A DNA stretch of 64,000 bases from Aquabacterium sp. (lineage in GTDB: Bacteria > Pseudomonadota > Gammaproteobacteria > Burkholderiales > Burkholderiaceae_C): assembly GCF_030652515.1 (NCBI RefSeq), contig NZ_JAUSAR010000034.1, positions 1,887 to 65,886 on the forward strand. The letters run 5' to 3'. The translations under genes and the position numbers were made by a program. The notes beneath the pieces are model-generated. The model worked only from the letters and a program-made list of their open reading frames with translations, searched no databases and was not told the DNA's origin. Positions 43,482 to 54,068 of this stretch are shown here, piece after piece (position 1 is the stretch's first letter; every line of letters begins with the position of its first letter).

Positions 43482-44498
43482 TCAGTTCATCGGCGCGTGG
43501 TCCAGGGTCCACACGCCATGGGGTGAGCTGCCCACCTTCACTTGCCGCACCACCTTCTTGGTGACGGTGTCGATGAAGGTGACTTTGCGGGCCCAGCGCG
43601 AGGTGACCATGATGGTCTTGGTGTCGGCCGAGAGGTCCATGCAATCAGGCCCGCCCGGTGCGGGGTAGGTGTCCACCACGGAAAGGGTTTTCATGTCGAT
43701 CCGGCTTATGGTGTTGGCGGTGCGGTTGCTCAGCAGCACGTGGCGCTTGTCGCCCCAGGCCCGGAAAGCGTGGGCGCCAGCACCCGTGACGATGCGCCGA
43801 ACAATCTCGGGCCTGGCACCGGTGACATCGTAGACCTCGGCATACATGTCGCCCGTCAGGCCGATCAGGAGGCGCTTGTCGTCGGGGGTGATGAAGACGT
43901 CGGCAGGCATCTTGCCCACGGGGACTTTCCAGCGCAGTGTCTGCGTGGCCAGGTCGATGGCGACCAATTCATCGCTGTCTTGCATGGTCGAATAGACCAC
44001 GGTGCTTTTGCTGTCGATGCTGAGGTGGCTGGGCGTCTTGCCGGTGGGCACGCGCTTGGCCAGGGTGAGGTCGAATCCCCCACCGGCCCGCACGGAAACG
44101 CGGTAGATGTCAATGTGGTTGAGGCGGTTGGCCGTGGTCACGAACCACTTCATGTTGGGCGAAAAGCGCAACTGGTAGGGATCGGCGATGTTTTCGATCA
44201 CACGCTGGACCTGGCCCGTCTTGGGGTCGATCAGGGTCAGCGAATCGCTCAGGGCATTGGCCACGATCAGTGACTTTTCGTCCGGCGACAAGTACAGGTG
44301 GTGCGGCTCCTTGCCGGTGGGAATGCGCCGGACCTCTTTGAAGGTCACGGGGTCGATGACGCTGATGGTCGCATCCAGTGAATTCAAGGCAAAAATGGGG
44401 GCCGCGCTCGCGTTGGAGATGCAAAATGCCAGCAGCAAAGCCGCCGCGTGCATCAACCGTGACGCACGCTGTTGAATGAACTTCGTCAATTGGGTCAC
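43482..44498 (-). CDS. YncE/YVTN-type beta-propeller exported protein
   Basis: Repeated I.TGKEPH / V.VG..PH blades; signal peptide. Confidence 0.85.
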   Translation of the reverse strand: MTQLTKFIQQRASRLMHAAALLLAFCISNASAAPIFALNSLDATISVIDPVTFKEVRRIPTGKEPHHLYLSPDEKSLIVANALSDSLTLIDPKTGQVQRVIENIADPYQLRFSPNMKWFVTTANRLNHIDIYRVSVRAGGGFDLTLAKRVPTGKTPSHLSIDSKSTVVYSTMQDSDELVAIDLATQTLRWKVPVGKMPADVFITPDDKRLLIGLTGDMYAEVYDVTGARPEIVRRIVTGAGAHAFRAWGDKRHVLLSNRTANTISRIDMKTLSVVDTYPAPGGPDCMDLSADTKTIMVTSRWARKVTFIDTVTKKVVRQVKVGSSPHGVWTLDHAPMN

Positions 44499-44551
44499 CT
44501 GGGATCAAGCCGGGCAGTGTACGCGCGGCGTTCACTGCCCCATCGAGACCC

Positions 44552-45373
44552 TCAGTCGTCGCTGCCGCCCAACACCGAACCCAGCAAACCACCGGCGCCA
44601 AAGCCGCCCAGCAAGGAGCCTTCTTCTCGGCCACCGCCACCACGGTTTTGCGGCGCTGCGGCAAAGATGCGGGAGGCCAGGCGAGAGAACGGCAAGCTTT
44701 GCAGCCAGACCTGACCGGGGCCCGTCACCTTGGCCAGGAACAAGCCCTCCCCGCCAAACAAGGCGGTCTTGATCTTGCCCACGTATTGAATGTCGAAATC
44801 GACTTCGCTGGTGTAGGCCACCACGCAGCCCGTGTCGATCATCAGGGTCTCACCCGGCTTGAGGTCGCGGCGCACAACGGTGCCACCCGCGTGAACGAAA
44901 GCCATGCCATCGCCCTCCAGTTTTTGCATGATGAAACCTTCGCCACCAAAGAAACCGGTGCCCAGCTTCTTTTGCAGTGCGATGCCCAGCGACACGCCGC
45001 GGGCGGCACACAGAAAAGAGTCTTTCTGGCAGATCAAGCGGCCGCCCAGCTTGCTCAGGTCCATGGGCAAAATCTTGCCTGGATACGGCGCTGCAAACGC
45101 AACGCGTTTTTTGCTTGACGCCTGGTTGGTGAAAATGGTCGTGAACAGGGATTCGCCCGTGATCAGGCGCTTGCCCGCCCCCAGCAGCTTGCCGAACAGG
45201 CCGCCTTGCTGGTTGTTGGAGCCATCGCCAAAGATGGTGTCCATGTCGATGCCAGCGTCCATGAACATCATGCTGCCGGCCTCGCCAATGGCCGCCTCGC
45301 CGGGGTCGAGCTCCACCTCGACGAACTGCATCTCTGCACCTTTGATCTCGAAATCCACCACATCCATGGCCAT
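44552..45373 (-). CDS. TIGR00266/AIM24 family protein
   Basis: Repeated GESLF / GGEGF / GGEGLF motifs, GPGQVWLQS. Confidence 0.9.
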   Translation of the reverse strand: MAMDVVDFEIKGAEMQFVEVELDPGEAAIGEAGSMMFMDAGIDMDTIFGDGSNNQQGGLFGKLLGAGKRLITGESLFTTIFTNQASSKKRVAFAAPYPGKILPMDLSKLGGRLICQKDSFLCAARGVSLGIALQKKLGTGFFGGEGFIMQKLEGDGMAFVHAGGTVVRRDLKPGETLMIDTGCVVAYTSEVDFDIQYVGKIKTALFGGEGLFLAKVTGPGQVWLQSLPFSRLASRIFAAAPQNRGGGGREEGSLLGGFGAGGLLGSVLGGSDD

Positions 45374-45555
45374 CTCTGGTCTCCTGATTCGTTAAATACG
45401 CAATGTTTATCCAGCTTTGATCACCCTCTAAAGGCGGTGCTGGGGAAACTAAGGGCACCACAACCCCTTCAAACTCATTCATGATCGGGTGTGGCCGAGC
45501 CCCGTCAATTGTCGCCCAAAGCCACCCACGCCACGAGCAAGATCAGCGTTCATCG

Positions 45556-46791
45556 ATGTTTCACTTAGAGCCCCTTCACTCCCCCACCCTGGCCTTGGCG
45601 CTGGGGCTGGTTCTGCTCACCGCCTCGGGCATCATGACCCTGGTCGGCCTGACGCAGCGCACCTACCGTGGCTACTGGTGGTGGACCGTCGCGCAATGGG
45701 GCAACACGATCAGCGCTGGGGCACTGCTGTTCAAGGACGCGCACCCTTCCATGCTGGCCGTGTCGGTCCTGCTGTCGCTGCAGTGGCCTTTGACCATGCT
45801 GGGCGGCATGCGCCGTTTTTACGTGCGCAGCAACCTGCCCACCGAACCCTGGGTTGACCACTTCCTGTTGTTCATCGGCTTCTCCGGCTGGATGTGGGTT
45901 TGGCTGGCCAACCCCGAAGACGTGGGCGCGCGCGTGGCCATGTTCAGCCTGATCAACATCTGCGGCTACCTGTATTGCGCCTGGATCGTCAGTTGCATCC
46001 GCGACTGGCGGCAAAGCGTCTACCTCAAGGTCATCCTCTTTTTCCTGCTGGGCGGCGCCATCTTCCAGGTGCCGCGCATGCTGACGGGCATGGCCTCGTG
46101 GGGCATGACCGTGAACGATCCCAGCCTGATCCAGTTGCCCTCGTCGATGCTGGGCCTGGTGATTGGCGTGATGTTCTCGGTGTACATGTGCCTGCTTCTG
46201 ACCTACGAGCGCACCGAGCACGACCTGCGCGAATCGCACCGGCAACTGCGCGTGCTGGCCGATTTCGACATGCTCACGCAGGTGCCCAACCGCCGACACT
46301 TCAACGAGATCGCCAGCCAGACCCTGCGCCTGTGCGCCCCGGGCAGCGCCTCGCTGATGCTGTTCGACATCGACCATTTCAAGCAGATCAACGACGAGTT
46401 CGGGCATGGTGCGGGCGATGAGGCCCTGAAACTGGTGGCCGGTGGTGCGCGCAAGATGCTGCGCAGCCGCGACCTGCTGGGCCGCATTGGGGGCGACGAG
46501 TTCATCGCGCTGCTGCCTGAAACGAGCGTGAACGACGCCCTGCATGTGGCTGACCGCATGGTGCGCCACGTGGACACCGAACGCCATGGCCTGCAACAGG
46601 CCCCCTTGAGCCTGAGTTTTGGCGTGGTGCAGATCATGCCGGGCGAGTCACTGCCCGAAGCCACCCACCGCGCCGACCAGGCCCTGTTCGAGGCCAAGCG
46701 CCAGGGCCGCAGCCGTGCCGTGGCCGCCGAGGCCGCGGATGGCGAAGCGGTGTTCACCCGCACCCGCCCTTTCGGGATGAGCACGCACTGA
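45556..46791 (+). CDS. Membrane-bound diguanylate cyclase
   Basis: Multi-TM N-terminus, DIDHFKQIND, RSRD I-site, GGDEF. Confidence 0.93.
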   Translation: MFHLEPLHSPTLALALGLVLLTASGIMTLVGLTQRTYRGYWWWTVAQWGNTISAGALLFKDAHPSMLAVSVLLSLQWPLTMLGGMRRFYVRSNLPTEPWVDHFLLFIGFSGWMWVWLANPEDVGARVAMFSLINICGYLYCAWIVSCIRDWRQSVYLKVILFFLLGGAIFQVPRMLTGMASWGMTVNDPSLIQLPSSMLGLVIGVMFSVYMCLLLTYERTEHDLRESHRQLRVLADFDMLTQVPNRRHFNEIASQTLRLCAPGSASLMLFDIDHFKQINDEFGHGAGDEALKLVAGGARKMLRSRDLLGRIGGDEFIALLPETSVNDALHVADRMVRHVDTERHGLQQAPLSLSFGVVQIMPGESLPEATHRADQALFEAKRQGRSRAVAAEAADGEAVFTRTRPFGMSTH

Positions 46792-46835
46792 CTGCACTCA
46801 TGAGCCCAGGCTGATAAGGCGCGACAATCCCGCCC

Positions 46836-48104
46836 ATGCAGCAATTTGACGTGGTGGTGATCGGCGCAGGCGCGGCCGGTCTGTTTTGCGCGGGCATCGC
46901 CGGGCAACGGGGGCTCAAAGTCCTGGTGATCGACCATGCCGAGAAGGTGGCGGAAAAAATCCGCATCTCAGGCGGTGGCCGGTGCAACTTCACCAATCGG
47001 GACGTGACGCCCGCCAATTTCCTGAGCGAGAACCCCCACTTCTGCCGTTCAGCCCTGGCGGGCTACACGCCGCAGGATTTCATCGGGCTGGTTGAACGCC
47101 ACGGCATCGCCTGGCACGAGAAGCACAAGGGCCAGTTGTTTTGCGACCGGCGCGCCGACGACATCATCCAGATGCTGTTGAAAGAATGCGAGAGCGGTGG
47201 AGTGGCACGGTGGCAACCTTGCGGGGTCCAGCAAGTGCGACGCACCAACGACGAGACCGGTCACCTGTTCGAGCTGGACACCGACCAAGGCGTGGTGCAA
47301 GCCCACCAGGTGGTCATTGCGACGGGCGGCCTGTCGATTCCCAAGATCGGCGCCACCGATTTCGGCCAGAAACTTGCGCTGCAACTGGGCCACACCCTGG
47401 TCCCGCTGCGGCCCGCCCTGGTGCCCCTGACCTTCGATGCTGGCGAGTGGGCGCCCTGGTCGGCGCTGTCGGGCATCGCCCTGCCCGTGGATGTGTCGGT
47501 GAACGTGGAATCGACCGGCAAGCGCAAACAATCGGCCAGCGTGCATTTCCTGGAAGATTTGCTGCTCACGCACCGAGGCTTGAGCGGCCCTGCCGTGCTG
47601 CAGATCTCAAGCTACTGGCGCCCCGGCCAGGCCCTGACCATCGACATCGCGCCCCAAGGCAAGCTGGCAGATGCCCTGAAACAGGCCAAAACAGGCTCGC
47701 GCAAGCAGTTGTCGTCGGCCTGGGCACAAGCCCTGCCCGAAGGTGTGCCGCAACGCCTGGCCCAGACCTGGCTCGAACAGGCGGCCTTGAAAACGCCCGC
47801 CTTGCGCACCGACGCGCCCCTGGCCGAGATGAAAGACCGCGACCTGGAAGCCCTGGGCCAATCCGCCAACGCCTGGTCCATCACCCCAAAAGGCACCGAA
47901 GGCTATGCCAAAGCCGAGGTCACTGCGGGGGGTGTGAACACGCAAGAGCTGAGTTCGCAGACCATGGAGAGTAAAAAGGTCCCCGGCCTGCATTTCATCG
48001 GCGAGGTGGTCGATGTGACCGGCTGGCTGGGCGGCTACAACTTTCAATGGGCCTGGGCCAGCGCGGCCGCCTGCGCCCGCAGCTTGGTAAGATCCCACCC
48101 ATGA
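46836..48104 (+). CDS. HI0933/BaiN-family flavoprotein
   Basis: [33 protein letters not shown]. Confidence 0.93.
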   Translation: MQQFDVVVIGAGAAGLFCAGIAGQRGLKVLVIDHAEKVAEKIRISGGGRCNFTNRDVTPANFLSENPHFCRSALAGYTPQDFIGLVERHGIAWHEKHKGQLFCDRRADDIIQMLLKECESGGVARWQPCGVQQVRRTNDETGHLFELDTDQGVVQAHQVVIATGGLSIPKIGATDFGQKLALQLGHTLVPLRPALVPLTFDAGEWAPWSALSGIALPVDVSVNVESTGKRKQSASVHFLEDLLLTHRGLSGPAVLQISSYWRPGQALTIDIAPQGKLADALKQAKTGSRKQLSSAWAQALPEGVPQRLAQTWLEQAALKTPALRTDAPLAEMKDRDLEALGQSANAWSITPKGTEGYAKAEVTAGGVNTQELSSQTMESKKVPGLHFIGEVVDVTGWLGGYNFQWAWASAAACARSLVRSHP

Positions 48105-48832
48105 GCTCCACACACTTCGGTTTCGAGACGGTTGACGAATCACAAAAGGCCCAGCGCGTGCGCGGGGTGTTCGATTCGGTGGCCAACAAGTACGACGTCA
48201 TGAATGACCTGATGTCGATGGGCCTGCACCGTTTGTGGAAGGCCTACACCATCGCCGCCAGTGGCGCCAAAGAAGGCCAGAAGGTGCTGGACATCGCCGG
48301 TGGCACGGGCGACCTGGCACAGGCTTTCGCCAAGCGTGTGGGCGCCTCAGGCACCGTGGTGCACACCGACATCAACGAGGCCATGCTCAGCACCGGCCGC
48401 GACCGCCTGCACAACGAAGGCGTGGTGCTGCCCACCACCATTTGCGATGCCGAGAAGCTGCCCTTCCCCACCGGCACGTTCGACATCGTCAGCGTGGCCT
48501 TTGGCCTGCGCAACATGACCCACAAGGACTTGGCCCTGGCCGAGATGTGCCGCGTGCTCAAGCCGGGCGGTCGCTTGCTGGTGCTGGAGTTTTCAAAGGT
48601 GGCCAAGCCGCTGGAGAAAGCCTACGACTGGTACTCGTTCAATGTGCTGCCCAAGCTGGGCCAACTGGTGGCGGGCGACGCGGCCAGCTACAAGTACCTG
48701 GCCGAATCCATCCGCATGCATCCCGACCAGGCCACGCTCAAGGGTCTGATGAAAACGGCCGGCTTTGGCCACGTGGACGTGCACAACATGACGGGCGGCG
48801 TGGTCGCCCTGCACATGGGCATCAAGTGCTGA
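48101..48832 (+). CDS. ubiE: Ubiquinone/menaquinone C-methyltransferase
   Basis: [37 protein letters not shown]. Confidence 0.97.
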   Translation: MSSTHFGFETVDESQKAQRVRGVFDSVANKYDVMNDLMSMGLHRLWKAYTIAASGAKEGQKVLDIAGGTGDLAQAFAKRVGASGTVVHTDINEAMLSTGRDRLHNEGVVLPTTICDAEKLPFPTGTFDIVSVAFGLRNMTHKDLALAEMCRVLKPGGRLLVLEFSKVAKPLEKAYDWYSFNVLPKLGQLVAGDAASYKYLAESIRMHPDQATLKGLMKTAGFGHVDVHNMTGGVVALHMGIKC

Positions 48833-48846
48833 GCTGAGCTCAGCCT

Positions 48847-49443
48847 TCAGCGCGAAGACAAGCCCAGCAGGTCAGCCTTGAGGTCTTGGTCAGAGACCTT
48901 CTCGCCAATCCAGATTTTCAGCAAGCCCTGGTAAAAGTCCTCGCCCGGGATGTCCTTGCTGATCGGTTTGCCAGCCACCATGATGCGTGCGCCCGAACCC
49001 GGCAGGTAGTCCAGCTGGATCACATCACCTTTTTTGGCATCGCCCGCCGACAGCAAGGCGGTGTGCAGGTCGTCCAGGCGTGACTGCATGGCCACCAGCT
49101 CTTTGGGGCTCAGGTTGGCCTCCATGCCCTTGACCAAGGCGTGCGACAGATCTTGACCGCGCACGTTCCTGAGCATGGTGATGTGAACGCTTTTCGGCCC
49201 GGGCTGGGCCAGCACCGCGCCGGGATGGTGATCGCGGCCTGGCAGGTAAAGCGCGACGGCATAGACCTTCAGGATCAGCTTGGTGCGCAAGCCCGCGCCA
49301 TTGAGCACCAGCGGCTGCCCCGCCACTTCGCACCCGTCATCGAACGTGACGCCGGCCACCACTTGAGCCGCATGCGCCACAGACGGCAACGCGGCCGCAC
49401 CCCACAGGCCCAGGGCCAACACCATCGAAGCAACTGCCTTCAT
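48847..49443 (-). CDS. Chalcone isomerase-like exported protein
   Basis: Signal peptide, LVLNGAGLR..VYAVALYL, LLKIWIG. Confidence 0.85.
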   Translation of the reverse strand: MKAVASMVLALGLWGAAALPSVAHAAQVVAGVTFDDGCEVAGQPLVLNGAGLRTKLILKVYAVALYLPGRDHHPGAVLAQPGPKSVHITMLRNVRGQDLSHALVKGMEANLSPKELVAMQSRLDDLHTALLSAGDAKKGDVIQLDYLPGSGARIMVAGKPISKDIPGEDFYQGLLKIWIGEKVSDQDLKADLLGLSSR

Positions 49444-49557
49444 CTCGATCCTTGACGTCTTGCAAAATCGCCGCACCAATGCGACACAATATATGTTACA
49501 TCGTCAATGCAACATTGCAACGGTATCATCCTGTTTACCGCATCCCGTTACCCTGCA

Positions 49558-50373
49558 ATGACCGCCTCTTCTGCCAACCATTCACGGTCTCGCCGCCGCC
49601 CCGCCGACGCTTCGGCCATGACGGTGGAAGACTTGGCCAACCAGACCGGTGTGAGCGTTCGCAACATCCGCGCGTACCAAACCGCCGGCTTGTTGCCCCC
49701 GCCACGCCTGCAAGGGCGCCTGGGCCTGTACGGGCAAGAGCACCTGGGCAAGCTGGAGTTGATCCGCGACCTGCGTCAGCAGGGTTTCGGGCTGGAGGCC
49801 ATTGGCAGCATGCTGGCCAACACACCCGATGGCGCATGGTCCGAGTACTCGCTGGTCACCCACCTGTTTTCCAAAAGCTTTTTCACGGTGGAGCCTTCGC
49901 AGCGCAAGGCCATGGCCGAGATGGCGGCCCATTGGGGCGCCACCGCCAGCCCGGCGCAAAAAGAGCGCCTGGCCAAGAACGGCCTGTACCGGCCGGTCGA
50001 GGGTGACGAGGTCGAGATGCTCAGCCCGTCGCTGGAGCGCATCGGCATCCAGCTCGCCGAGCTGGGCGTGTCACTGGACACCGTGCTGGACCTGCAGGAC
50101 GACTTGATCCGGCACACGCGCGCCATCGCCAAAACCTACGTCGAGCAACTGTTCCTGGACCTGATCCAGATGATGACCAAGGACAAGGCGCCAGGCGCTG
50201 ATGCCTCCTCGTCCCCCATTGACGCTCGGCAGATCGCGCAGTTGCACGCGGTGTTCGAGCGCTTGCGGCCGCTGGCCATCGGCTCCATCTCAGCAGCTTT
50301 CCCCGTGGTGCTTCAGCAGGAGTTCGACAACGGGATCAAGAAGCGGTTGAAGGCTGGCGGCAAGAAGCGCTGA
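49558..50373 (+). CDS. MerR-family transcriptional regulator
   Basis: TVEDLA..TGVSVRNIRAYQ..GLLPPP, GFGLEAI. Confidence 0.88.
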   Translation: MTASSANHSRSRRRPADASAMTVEDLANQTGVSVRNIRAYQTAGLLPPPRLQGRLGLYGQEHLGKLELIRDLRQQGFGLEAIGSMLANTPDGAWSEYSLVTHLFSKSFFTVEPSQRKAMAEMAAHWGATASPAQKERLAKNGLYRPVEGDEVEMLSPSLERIGIQLAELGVSLDTVLDLQDDLIRHTRAIAKTYVEQLFLDLIQMMTKDKAPGADASSSPIDARQIAQLHAVFERLRPLAIGSISAAFPVVLQQEFDNGIKKRLKAGGKKR

Positions 50374-50380
50374 CCGCTCA

Positions 50381-53300
50381 TCACTTCAGCGCGAACTGCA
50401 CGCGCGTGGTCGGCCCCTTGTCGTCGGGCAACTTGTCGGTGCCCACTTTGGAGGCCGTCAGCAGCACCCGCTCGGGCGACAGCTTGGTGGCCAGGTAAGC
50501 CTTGACCCGATCGCCACGGCGATTCGCCAAGGTCAGAAAACTGGCCTGCTCCACCGGCGCGGCGGCTTTCAGCAAGGCCTCCATCTCTGGCGCGGGCAAG
50601 GTCTTGGCCAAGCCGACCAGGTTGCGGGGCTTCTTGATGTCGGCGGCTTTGTAGGCAGCGGTGAGCCACTGGTCGCGCTCTTCGGGGGCGATGGTGACCG
50701 AACCCAGTGACTGCTCGGTGGCCTTGGCTTTGGCCTGTCGCATCAGGCGCATCACGTGGCGCTGGCGCAGGCCTTCTTCGTCGACGGCGGGGTCCGCGCG
50801 TCCGGTCGCTTCCAGCTTGACCTGTGGGCGGTCGGCCAGCTTGGTGACCAGGGTGTCCAGGCGTTGGCGGGCGGTGTCGCTCAGGTCGTCATCGCCGGGC
50901 TCGAAGGGCACGAAGCCCAACTCGTCCTGGCCGCCGCCCATCAGCAATGAGAATGGCGCGGTCACAGCCTTGGTCAGCAAGTTGACGACGACACGCCAGA
51001 TGATGCCGCCCACCGAGAACTCCGGATCGTCCAGCGAGCCCGAGACCGGCAGGTTCACATCGATCTCGCCCCGGCTGTTCTTGAGCAGGGACACGGCGAA
51101 CTGCACAGGCAGGCTGGTTGCATCGGGGCTGTCCACCTTGTCGCCAAAGGTGAGCTGGTCCAGGAAGATGTGGTTCTCGGCCTCCAGCTTGCCGTTGTCG
51201 ACCTTGTAGCGCACCGTCACCGACAGCGTGCCCTTCTCGATCGCATAGCCAGCGTAGCGGCCGGCATAAGGCGTCAGGCGCGTCAGCTCGATGCCTTTGG
51301 CCGAGCCCTGGATGTCGGTGTACAGGCGCGGGCCCAGCGGGTGCAGTTGTCCGGTGATCAGCAAGGGTGCGCTGTCATCCACCGCGCCAGAGATCTTGAC
51401 GGTGGCAGGCTCGGGTTTGGACGAGGCCACGGCCGAGACGTCGCCCTCAACCTGCGTGAGGCGGGCGGAGTAATTGGGCTTGATGAAGTTGTCGGTGAAA
51501 TCGACGCGGCCTTTGCTCAGCTTGATGCCTTGCCAGCGCAGGTTCATGCCGGCCATGGCGGGCGAAGACGTGGCAGGGGCACTGGCCGATGATGCCGGGG
51601 CGCTGGCGGCCACCGGTGCGGCGATTGGCGCGTTGGCTTGCGGCGTGGTCAGGGACTTGGTTTCAGCGCCCGCTTCATGCTTGACCAGATCCGACAGGTT
51701 GAGCTTGCCGTTGGGGTTGATGATGAGGCGGCCGTAAAAGTCATTGAGCGCGATGCGGCCCAGGTCGGCATTGAGTGCACCGGCCTTCCAGTTCACGTCC
51801 AGGCCGTCCAGGGCCAAGGAACGCCAGCGTAAAAAATCGGCCTGGTTGACGCTGTCTTGCGTGCGCAGGTCGGTCAGGGCAAAACGGCCCTGGTAGCGGG
51901 CATTGACGGCATGGGGATCTTTGCCGGGCCCGGCTTCCAGGCTGAGCTTGCCGTTGACATTGGTCTTGGCCGACACCAAAGCCACGTTCAGGTAAGGCGC
52001 GATGTAGGACTGAAAGGCCTTCAAGTCGAGCCCGGCAATGGCCAGTTGCGAATTCACCCGCAAAGGCTGCACGCGCACATCGCCGCTCAGTTTGACGCGG
52101 CCATTGCTTTGGCCCAAACCGTTCAGGTCAAAACCCATCACTTGCGTGAGATCGCTGGACAGGTTCTTCAAGCCCAGATCAGCCTGGTGCAAGGACAGGC
52201 GGGCGGCGGGTGTCACCGACTGGTCATCCACCTGCACCTTGCACAGCTTGCAACGCAATTCGCCCACCTTGATCAAGGGCGCGGCCTGCGCTGCAGCAGG
52301 CTGTGCGGGGGCAGCGCTCGGTCCAGCGGGCGCGGGCTGCATCACCCACTGGCCTTGCGGGTCGCGGGTGGCTTGCGCGTCCAGCTTGTCCAGCGTCACG
52401 GAGGCCACGGTCAGGGACTGCAAGCCCAAGGCCGTGGGGGCCAAGCCCACGCGCGCTTCCAGGCCTTGCACATCCAGGCCCGCCAGATCGACATGGTCCG
52501 TGGCTTTGGCCTTGGCCGCCTTGGTCTTGAGGCCCGTCAACTGCACCTGCCCATTGAGCAGGTTCAAGGCCTCGGCATTGGCTTGCAACTCCGTGCTCAA
52601 GGCCAGCTCGCCCGACAACACCTGCAAAGGCAAGGGCACGGCCTTGCCCAAGGCGGCCAACCACGGCACCGGTTGCAGCTTGCTGACCGAGACCTTCAAG
52701 GTAGCTTGCGGCAGCATGGACGTCACCACCCCGCTCACATTGAACTGGCCACCATGGGCATCCCTGGCCACCAGCGTCAGGGCGGCAGGCGCGGCCTTGT
52801 TGTTCGAGTTCAGGCCATCGATGCTCAAGCTCACGGGGCCCAGCTTGGGCAAGGCACCACCGCCCGGCGCTTCGGCCTGCAGGCTCGTGGCGGCCAGGCG
52901 AACCTTGTCCACCGACCAGGCCCAGGGCGCCTCAAGGCTGGAAGCCTCGGCCACCTTGTCAGGCTTGTCAGGCGTTATCACCGGCTTGGCAGCAGCGGCC
53001 GGCCGGTCTTTCGCATCGACCTGCAAGCCCGCCAGGGCCACACTGCCGATCTTCACCTGACGGGCCAAGGGCGATGCATCAATGCCTTCGATGTCCAGGG
53101 CCGACCAGCGCCCCTGCACGCCCCCGGCAGGCCAGCCGAGGTCAATGCCCGACACCTTCAAGCCACCCCGGATCGTCAAGGTGGCCGCTGCGGGCGGCCT
53201 GCGCTCTTCAAAGCTCACGGTCAGGTGGGTGTCCAGCCGGCCCTTGGCCACGTTCACCATGGCCGACGGGGGCATGAAGGGCTTGGCCGCCAGCATCCAA

Positions 53301-54019
53301 TGGGCCACATCCACGTCACGCCAATTCAATTCCAGGGTGGAGCGCAGGCCTTCGCTGAACGGCAAGGTGCGGCCGCTCACGCGCAAGGGGCTGCCATCCA
53401 CACGGGCCTCCAGCAAGGGCTCCACGTCCACGGTGACATGGGTGGGCAGGTTGGACACGAAGGGCACGCCCACGTTCAGCGCCTCGATGCGGTGCTCTTG
53501 CTGCAGCACGCGGTCTGAATAGCGCACCAACCCGTGGTTGATGCGGATGTTGTAGACGGCAAAGCGCGCGGGATCTTTCGCAGGCTGCGGTGGCCCCGAC
53601 TGCAGCCGCTTGGCGATGTCGGTGAAGTTGAAATGCTCGGCAGACTGACGCTCAACCCACACCTGCGGCTGCTCCAGCGTGATGCGCCGCACCACCGGGG
53701 CCAGGCGCCAGATGGATTCCAGCGAGAGCTGAACCTGCGCTGCGGGCAATTGCAGCAACTCGGCCTTGGGCGGGCCCACCTTCAGATCCTTCAGGGACAA
53801 CGTCAGGGTCCAGGGCTGAACGCTCAGATCCGCCAGCGTGACCGGGGTGCCCAGCGTCTGGGTAGCCACCGACTCGACCTGGCCCCTGGCCCAACGCGGC
53901 AACCACCACCCCAGGAGCACCGTCCAGATCAGCGCGAAAACCACCAAGCCGATGCCGGCTTTCAAGGCCCAGTGTTTGCGGTGGGACGAGGCGGCTGGCG
54001 TGACTGGCGTGCTGGACAT
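50381..54019 (-). CDS. DUF748-repeat protein (AsmA-like) with C-terminal OmpA-like region
   Basis: N-terminal TM anchor, beta-rich repeats, LPVSGSLDDPEFS..KAVTAPF, LANRRG..V; likely start ATG 54019. Confidence 0.85.
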   Translation of the reverse strand: MSSTPVTPAASSHRKHWALKAGIGLVVFALIWTVLLGWWLPRWARGQVESVATQTLGTPVTLADLSVQPWTLTLSLKDLKVGPPKAELLQLPAAQVQLSLESIWRLAPVVRRITLEQPQVWVERQSAEHFNFTDIAKRLQSGPPQPAKDPARFAVYNIRINHGLVRYSDRVLQQEHRIEALNVGVPFVSNLPTHVTVDVEPLLEARVDGSPLRVSGRTLPFSEGLRSTLELNWRDVDVAHWMLAAKPFMPPSAMVNVAKGRLDTHLTVSFEERRPPAAATLTIRGGLKVSGIDLGWPAGGVQGRWSALDIEGIDASPLARQVKIGSVALAGLQVDAKDRPAAAAKPVITPDKPDKVAEASSLEAPWAWSVDKVRLAATSLQAEAPGGGALPKLGPVSLSIDGLNSNNKAAPAALTLVARDAHGGQFNVSGVVTSMLPQATLKVSVSKLQPVPWLAALGKAVPLPLQVLSGELALSTELQANAEALNLLNGQVQLTGLKTKAAKAKATDHVDLAGLDVQGLEARVGLAPTALGLQSLTVASVTLDKLDAQATRDPQGQWVMQPAPAGPSAAPAQPAAAQAAPLIKVGELRCKLCKVQVDDQSVTPAARLSLHQADLGLKNLSSDLTQVMGFDLNGLGQSNGRVKLSGDVRVQPLRVNSQLAIAGLDLKAFQSYIAPYLNVALVSAKTNVNGKLSLEAGPGKDPHAVNARYQGRFALTDLRTQDSVNQADFLRWRSLALDGLDVNWKAGALNADLGRIALNDFYGRLIINPNGKLNLSDLVKHEAGAETKSLTTPQANAPIAAPVAASAPASSASAPATSSPAMAGMNLRWQGIKLSKGRVDFTDNFIKPNYSARLTQVEGDVSAVASSKPEPATVKISGAVDDSAPLLITGQLHPLGPRLYTDIQGSAKGIELTRLTPYAGRYAGYAIEKGTLSVTVRYKVDNGKLEAENHIFLDQLTFGDKVDSPDATSLPVQFAVSLLKNSRGEIDVNLPVSGSLDDPEFSVGGIIWRVVVNLLTKAVTAPFSLLMGGGQDELGFVPFEPGDDDLSDTARQRLDTLVTKLADRPQVKLEATGRADPAVDEEGLRQRHVMRLMRQAKAKATEQSLGSVTIAPEERDQWLTAAYKAADIKKPRNLVGLAKTLPAPEMEALLKAAAPVEQASFLTLANRRGDRVKAYLATKLSPERVLLTASKVGTDKLPDDKGPTTRVQFALK

Positions 54020-54068
54020 GGTGCGAAGGCGAGGGAGAACATCGGGAATATAAGCCGGAGGCCGTTGA

